Positions 59,141 to 64,000 of a DNA stretch of 64,000 bases are shown piece by piece. The position numbers and the translations under genes were made by a program. The notes under the pieces were generated by a model, which was given only the letters and a program-made list of their open reading frames with translations, made no database searches and was not told where the DNA came from. How positions within the stretch are numbered: position 1 is the stretch's first letter; every line of letters starts with the position of its first letter. This DNA comes from an uncultured delta proteobacterium. Its GTDB lineage: Bacteria > Desulfobacterota > Binatia > Binatales > Binataceae. Location: the NCBI GenBank assembly GCA_963808235.1, contig CAWEEQ010000001.1, positions 192,001 through 256,000 on the forward strand. The letters run 5' to 3'.

Positions 59141-59911
59141 TCAGCTGAACCTCAGGCGGGCGCCCTGCAAAAGATCGGCATCGAGCAAAGTCGGATCGCC
59201 GTCGGCGCTCGCGAGTATAGCTTCGTAAGGCGATTGGCCGCGGTCGTGAATCCATCGGGCGATCGGACCGTGCTCAGACTTCGATGCGAGCAGCTGGATC
59301 TCGCTGGGCCCGAGCGAGAAACAGACGCCGGTCGCTTCGAGCTGGGGACGATGGACCGGAGCGCCGGGGCGGCCAAGCACTCGCGCGTAGCAGCGGCTGG
59401 TCGCGCCGGGATCCTCGACGGCGACTACGATGGTTTGGATGCCGGTCGCGCCGTTTGAGTGCGAGCGCTCATGCGGAACACGCTCGTCGCGCGGAGTGTC
59501 GTCCTTGATGAGGAACGGCAACTGGCCGTTGAAAGGAGGCGCGGGAATCGCGAGCATCCACCTGAGGTGGTGACCGTCGGGACGATCTCGCGTGAGCGGA
59601 GACGGATCGGAGATCTTCGCGCCGGCGCGGCGCAGGGATTCAACGTCGGCGGTGAGATCGTCGGTGCGCATGCAGAAATCGATGATGCAGCCGCCCTTGT
59701 CGAGGGCCATTTGCCATGGATGTCCGGGGACGGGCTTCACGAATGCGATCAGTTCGAGATAGCTGCCGTCGGCGAATGCGATGAGCGCGTTGTGGGTGCC
59801 GATCGGATGTGTTCCGCCGCGAACGACGGTGAATCCGGCGCTGGTGAAACTTGCGATCGCGGATTCGAGTTCGCTGACGACGATGACGACGTGGTCGATG
59901 CCCTGGAACAT
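59141..59911 (-). CDS. VOC / glyoxalase-like protein
   Basis: IDHVVI.V, GGTH..GTHNALI.F.DGSYLEL, LPFLI, HSNGATGI. Confidence 0.88.
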   Translation of the reverse strand: MFQGIDHVVIVVSELESAIASFTSAGFTVVRGGTHPIGTHNALIAFADGSYLELIAFVKPVPGHPWQMALDKGGCIIDFCMRTDDLTADVESLRRAGAKISDPSPLTRDRPDGHHLRWMLAIPAPPFNGQLPFLIKDDTPRDERVPHERSHSNGATGIQTIVVAVEDPGATSRCYARVLGRPGAPVHRPQLEATGVCFSLGPSEIQLLASKSEHGPIARWIHDRGQSPYEAILASADGDPTLLDADLLQGARLRFS

Positions 59912-59963
59912 GGCGGCCCTCTCGAGTGCGTAGGTTCGGCAGCGCTCGTGAGAGTATATCGAA

Positions 59964-60842
59964 TTACATGAGTTGCGAGCGTTCCAGCAAGCGAGCGGCC
60001 GGGGCGGAGACGTGGGCGGTGCGCGCGTGGACGCGGCGGGCGTACTGGGCGCCTAGATCGAACCATTCGAGACCCGGGAGGCGCGCAATCGCGCGGTCGA
60101 CTGCCGCAAGACGCTCGACGCCGTTGGGACCAGGGAACAGGTACGCGCATACCCGGCGCATCGAAGGGTCGCCGCGCACAGTCACGCCTACCGGAGTCCA
60201 GAAATGTCGGACGAGAAATGCGGTGAGTCGGCGCGCGACGGGCGGGGCAAGGCGGACGCGGGCCTGGTTGAAGTAGAAGGCGAAGTGGCGGCGCTCGTCC
60301 TTGATGATTCGCTCGAGGATCGTCGTCAACAGCGAACGCTGGCCGCCAGAGCCATCGTGGGGGTTCTCAGTTGCGCTGATGAGAGCCTGGTAGCCGGTCA
60401 GCGTCGAGATCTCGTTGATCGCGCCAAAGGTCATGTGCACTGCGGGAAAGTGGCGGGTGAGCCGGGACAGGATCGCGATGCCCGGCCGGATCACGCGATC
60501 GGCGAGACTGGTGCGACTGCGCAGATCGGCGAAGCGTTGATCATCGATCGCCACGTCCTGGGTCGCGAGGAAGCGGCGCAGCAAAAGCGAGTGGAAAAAT
60601 TCCTCATATGCCCAACATGACAGGAATGAGGTGACATGGTTCTCGCGGACGATGCGGGTGGAGAGCAAGTCGCGCAAATAGACGATGGTGTGCGATTCGA
60701 TATCCATCATGTAAGCGATGGTGAACAGAGCGTCGTCGCTGAGGCGCGGCTGAGGCAGGGTCCAATCGATCGATTCGGGTTTGGTCGCGCCCGAGACGCG
60801 CAAGTAGCGATCGAGGTCGAAGGTGGTCTCGATGAGGTTCAT
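59964..60842 (-). CDS. Ferritin-like diiron protein (acyl-ACP desaturase-like)
   Basis: DIESHT, WAYEEFFH, NEISTLTGY and DERRH form an E/ExxH/E/ExxH ligand set. Confidence 0.75.
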   Translation of the reverse strand: MNLIETTFDLDRYLRVSGATKPESIDWTLPQPRLSDDALFTIAYMMDIESHTIVYLRDLLSTRIVRENHVTSFLSCWAYEEFFHSLLLRRFLATQDVAIDDQRFADLRSRTSLADRVIRPGIAILSRLTRHFPAVHMTFGAINEISTLTGYQALISATENPHDGSGGQRSLLTTILERIIKDERRHFAFYFNQARVRLAPPVARRLTAFLVRHFWTPVGVTVRGDPSMRRVCAYLFPGPNGVERLAAVDRAIARLPGLEWFDLGAQYARRVHARTAHVSAPAARLLERSQLM

Positions 60843-60909
60843 ATTCGATATACGAATCGAAACGGCAATTGGATTAGGTGGCGGCGAGTTAGTGATTTTC
60901 AACAGAAAC

Positions 60910-60979
60910 GGAATTTGGAGATCGGACCCTCACCCTCGCCTCGAAGACTCGGCACGGCCTCTCCCTATCAGGGAGAGGC
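60910..60979 (+). repeat. Dispersed palindromic repeat, copy 3
   Basis: GGAATTTGGA...GACCCTCACCC...CGGCCTCTCCCT-atc-AGGGAGAGGC. Confidence 0.75.
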
Positions 60980-60991
60980 AAAGAAAAACTG

Positions 60992-61843
60992 CTAGGGGCG
61001 GGAGAAATCACCCTTCAAGTACATCGCGCCGGTCGGTTTATCGACTCCGCCGCGTGGCTCGAGAGTGATCGCACTTGCGAGCACTGTTTCATCGGGCGGC
61101 GGTAAGTCCAACGCGACGATCGTCGCGCCCTGACTGGATGGTTCGAACAGCCCTGCTTTGAGCGGACCTTGTTTTGCGCCGATCCACCAAACCTCGTAGA
61201 TGCGGTCATCGGGCGCGGGTGGAAGTCCGCTGACATGCAACATCGCGGCACCCTGCGCGCGGTTGAGCGCAACGGTTCCGGCGGCGGAGGCCGCAGGAGC
61301 GAGGCCGGCCAGATGGGCGACGCGGGCGTCGGCGCCGAGGCTCGCGAGAGTCAGATCGGTGGCTTGCGCGATGCGGGTCTGGAGCGCGGCGAGTTTGTCG
61401 CCGGTGGCCGCGAGATCGCGCTGGACCACGATGACGCGCGCGGTAAGTGCGGCGATTTCATTCGAGGTGTCGAACGTGATGCGGCGCAGGTGCTGTGTGA
61501 AGAAGATCGAGCTGGCGACGACTGCGACAAGCGCGGCTGCGGCGGCATAACCGAGCATCGCAATGCGCTGGCGGCGTGCGGGTTCGCGTTGCGACGAGCG
61601 ATTGGCGGGAGTGCGGCGGGATGCATCGAGACGCGACTGCAAATTGCTCCAAATGCGATCGGAGGGACCGTCGCCAGCCTCAGCAATTGCCATCGCGGCT
61701 AGTGCGTCGGCAAATGACGCGAGCTCGCGGGAGCATTCGTCGCATCCGGCGGCCAGATGCTCGTCAACCGCGCGTGCCTCATCGCCGTCGAGGCGGCCGA
61801 GGGCCTTAAGCGGCAGCAGGTCTTTGATCTCGGTGTGATCCAT
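60992..61843 (-). CDS. RskA-like anti-sigma factor with N-terminal ZAS zinc motif
   Basis: EHLAAGCDEC, one TM segment, coiled coil, LPP....YEVW, AITLEP.GG..PTG. Confidence 0.88.
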   Translation of the reverse strand: MDHTEIKDLLPLKALGRLDGDEARAVDEHLAAGCDECSRELASFADALAAMAIAEAGDGPSDRIWSNLQSRLDASRRTPANRSSQREPARRQRIAMLGYAAAAALVAVVASSIFFTQHLRRITFDTSNEIAALTARVIVVQRDLAATGDKLAALQTRIAQATDLTLASLGADARVAHLAGLAPAASAAGTVALNRAQGAAMLHVSGLPPAPDDRIYEVWWIGAKQGPLKAGLFEPSSQGATIVALDLPPPDETVLASAITLEPRGGVDKPTGAMYLKGDFSRP

Positions 61844-61848
61844 AGCGG

Positions 61849-62403
61849 CTAGTCGGCGCGTGCGCGAAGCGCGTCGCGAAGTCTGATCAATCCGCTGCGC
61901 ATCCTGCTTTTTACGGTACCGAGCGGCAGACCGGTCTGGCCGGCGATCTCGGACTGCGAAAGATCGGAAAAATATGCCAGGTGGAGCAGATCGCGTTCGC
62001 TCTCGTTTAACGTCGTGAGAGCCTCCTTGACCTTGGCGCGGCGCTCGGCGCTGTGAATTTTGTTGGAAGGATCGTCGTAGAGAGCGGGCTCGGGCGGATC
62101 TGTGTCGCGATGCAGCCGGGAATTTCGAGCGCGAAGACGATCGATCGCGCGGCTTCTGGCCATCATCATGATCCATGCGCCGACAGAGCCGCGGCCGCGA
62201 TCAAAACGCGATGCGTCGCGCCAGAGTTGCCACAAGACGTCGGCTGCGACCTCTTCGGCGTCGGCCTTGTCGCGCAAGATACGTTCCGCGACCACGTCCA
62301 GCGCGTGACCGTAGCGTCGATTGAGAGTCTGCAAGGCATGCTCATCTCCATTGGCCATGGCAGACACGAGTGCTTCGTCGGAAATCCTGTTGTGCGCGGC
62401 CAC
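61849..62403 (-). CDS. ECF sigma factor (SigK-like)
   Basis: DAEEV, W..A.RFD..RGSV.AW, ARSRAIDRLR, LAYF..LSQSEIA...LPLGTVKSR.R.GL. Confidence 0.92.
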   Translation of the reverse strand: MAAHNRISDEALVSAMANGDEHALQTLNRRYGHALDVVAERILRDKADAEEVAADVLWQLWRDASRFDRGRGSVGAWIMMMARSRAIDRLRARNSRLHRDTDPPEPALYDDPSNKIHSAERRAKVKEALTTLNESERDLLHLAYFSDLSQSEIAGQTGLPLGTVKSRMRSGLIRLRDALRARAD

Positions 62404-62419
62404 TTGGCTTCTATTCTAA

Positions 62420-62447
62420 TATACGGCGCGCGCAGGTCGGTGGATTG
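62420..62447 (-). promoter_or_regulatory. Candidate autoregulated ECF promoter
   Basis: Minus strand CAATCC-N16-CGTATA, 16 nt before the GTG start. Confidence 0.55.
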
Positions 62448-62453
62448 ACGCTG

Positions 62454-63671
62454 CTAGCCGAGGGCGCCGGAGGCGACCAGCTCGCTGATTCGGGTTTCGT
62501 CGTAGCCGAGGATGTTTTCGAGCACATGCTGATTGTCCTGGCCGAGTGAAGGAGCAGCGCGCAGGACGCTGGCCGGGGTGCGCGAGAGTTTCGCGCGAGG
62601 GCCTTCGACGGTGAATTGGCCGAGGGTCGGATGTTCGAGCGCGACGAAATGGCCACGGTGGACGAGTTGCGGATCTCGATACGCGGCGGCGCTGTTCTGC
62701 AGCTGGTGACTGGGAACGCCGTGCGACTGAAAACGAGATTCGATCTCGGCGGATTCGCGGGTGCGGGTCCACGCGGTGATCGACGAGTCGATAGCGTCGC
62801 GATGCTCGCGGCGTCCCGCGGCGGTTGCGAGGCGCGAGTCGCTTGCGAGGCCTTCGTTTTTCATTGCGGAGCAGAGGCGGCGCCAATCGTCATCGTCGCG
62901 GCAGACGATCGCGACCCATTGCTCATCACCAAGAGCGGGATAAACGCCGTGGGGCGCGAATACTGCGTCGGAATTTCCGACCCGACCATCGACGCGGCCG
63001 TTTACCGTGTAGTCGAGAATCGCGGGACCGAGAAAATGAATCGAGCATTCCGCTTGCGACTGATCGATATACTGACCTTCGCCGGTGCGGCGCCGATAAT
63101 CGAGGGCGGCGAGAATCGCCATCGCGCTGAAACGCGGCGCAACGTAATCGGTGTATGCGCCGAAAACTCCGGCGGGAGGCCGGTCGGGCCATCCGGTGAG
63201 ATTGTGAAAGCCTGCAAATGCGGCGGCCATATTGCCAAAGCCGGCGATTTTCGCGAGCGGCCCGGTTTGTCCCATCAGACATGAACTCAGCATGATGAGC
63301 GCGGGATTGACCTTGCGCAGCGATTCGTAGTCGAAGCCCCATGCGCGCATCGCCTTGGGAGAGAAGGACTCGGTGACTACGTCGGCCCATCGGACGAGAT
63401 CGTGCACGACTTCGCGCGCAGCGGGATTGCCGAGGTCGAGCGAGATTCCCAATTTGCCGGCGTTGCAATTGGCGAACAGGCCGGAGCTGTCGGGGCCGAG
63501 CTTGTTGTCGAGATACGGCTGGAGCGTGCGCGCGGTATCGATTCGAGTGGGGGATTCAACGCGCACGACGGTCGCGCCGTAGTCGGCTAGAATCCGCGTC
63601 GAGGCGGGGCCGGCCATGACCCACATGAAGTCGCAAATCTTGACGTTGTCGAGTGGCAGACGATTCGGCAT
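62454..63671 (-). CDS. Family III (CaiB/BaiF) CoA-transferase
   Basis: AGP..TR.LADYGA.V.RVE, ADVVTESF, AYTDY (catalytic Asp), TGEGQYID, AP.LGQDN. Confidence 0.93.
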   Translation of the reverse strand: MPNRLPLDNVKICDFMWVMAGPASTRILADYGATVVRVESPTRIDTARTLQPYLDNKLGPDSSGLFANCNAGKLGISLDLGNPAAREVVHDLVRWADVVTESFSPKAMRAWGFDYESLRKVNPALIMLSSCLMGQTGPLAKIAGFGNMAAAFAGFHNLTGWPDRPPAGVFGAYTDYVAPRFSAMAILAALDYRRRTGEGQYIDQSQAECSIHFLGPAILDYTVNGRVDGRVGNSDAVFAPHGVYPALGDEQWVAIVCRDDDDWRRLCSAMKNEGLASDSRLATAAGRREHRDAIDSSITAWTRTRESAEIESRFQSHGVPSHQLQNSAAAYRDPQLVHRGHFVALEHPTLGQFTVEGPRAKLSRTPASVLRAAPSLGQDNQHVLENILGYDETRISELVASGALG

Positions 63672-64000
63672 CAGATGATTCCCGCGCGGGTGAGTTCGGT
63701 GATCTCGCGCTCGCTCAAGCCGAGCTCGCCGCGGTAAATTTCAAGATTGTGCTCGCCGATGGTTGGCGGGCGGAGCCGGTACTCGAGCGGCGTCGCGCTG
63801 AATTTTGCGAACGGGCCGGGATACAAGAAAGACTCGGCGAGCTCGGGATGGGCGACGTTCCGGAAGTACTCGCGCGAAGCGAATTGCGGACTTTCGACGA
63901 CTTCGGCAATTGTCGTGACCGGAGTGATCAGAAATCCACGCTCGACCGCGAGCTCGAGCAGTTCGGCCTTGGTGAGACTGCGGGTAAAATTTCTTACCAG
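63671..64000 (-). CDS. C-terminus of a second CaiB/BaiF CoA-transferase (partial)
   Basis: Manual translation ...SPQFASREYF..V.HP...PGP..KFS.TP....RPPTIGEHN.EI...LG; TGATG coupling to the next gene. Confidence 0.85.
   Translation of the reverse strand: MVRNFTRSLTKAELLELAVERGFLITPVTTIAEVVESPQFASREYFRNVAHPELAESFLYPGPFAKFSATPLEYRLRPPTIGEHNLEIYRGELGLSEREITELTRAGII

Noticed and set aside
1-64000. tRNA, rRNA, CRISPR arrays, IS elements, prophage, defence systems, cobalamin riboswitch near cobB/mcm
   Set aside because: None recognisable by eye; tRNAscan-SE, Infernal/Rfam and ISEScan runs would be needed to exclude them formally.

Overview
Gene-dense, GC-rich bacterial chromosomal window with about 60 CDS. 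I found no rRNA, tRNA, CRISPR array, integrase or transposase. The mix of diderm-type genes (sigma54 promoter, MsrPQ, lipoprotein) with F420-type LLM enzymes, several P450s, HemQ and a selenoprotein suggests a Binatota/deltaproteobacteria-like organism (inference only). Left to right: (1) a secreted subtilase with an atypical Glu-His-Ser triad, running off the left edge and missing from the ORF track; (2) an ABC exporter divergent from a glycan-tailoring operon (GT4-GT2, two sulfotransferases, methyltransferase, SGNH-like protein, SxtJ/SxtK-like proteins, carbamoyltransferase); (3) a cytoplasmic DOMON-DUF1460-GT2-DUF4922-SpoIID operon, probably for muropeptide recycling; (4) a SigF/NrsF-like ECF pair, DoxX and a bufferin (BufA2-like) precursor followed by msrPQ instead of the usual MNIO/DUF2063 maturases; (5) exported MsrA, xfp-ackA and glgP; (6) F420-type LLMs, a TetR, three paralogous P450s interrupted by a Tat-exported flavoenzyme, an MFS transporter, propionyl-CoA carboxylase and methylmalonyl-CoA mutase; (7) a pyruvoyl decarboxylase with an unusual cleavage site, an unannotated CxxU selenoprotein with a SECIS, hemQ, cobB, a diiron protein, a SigK/RskA-like pair and CaiB CoA-transferases. 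Two single-base frameshifts (about 6185 and 39101) and a dispersed palindromic repeat family are also visible. All family calls come from motif recognition by eye; no database search was run.
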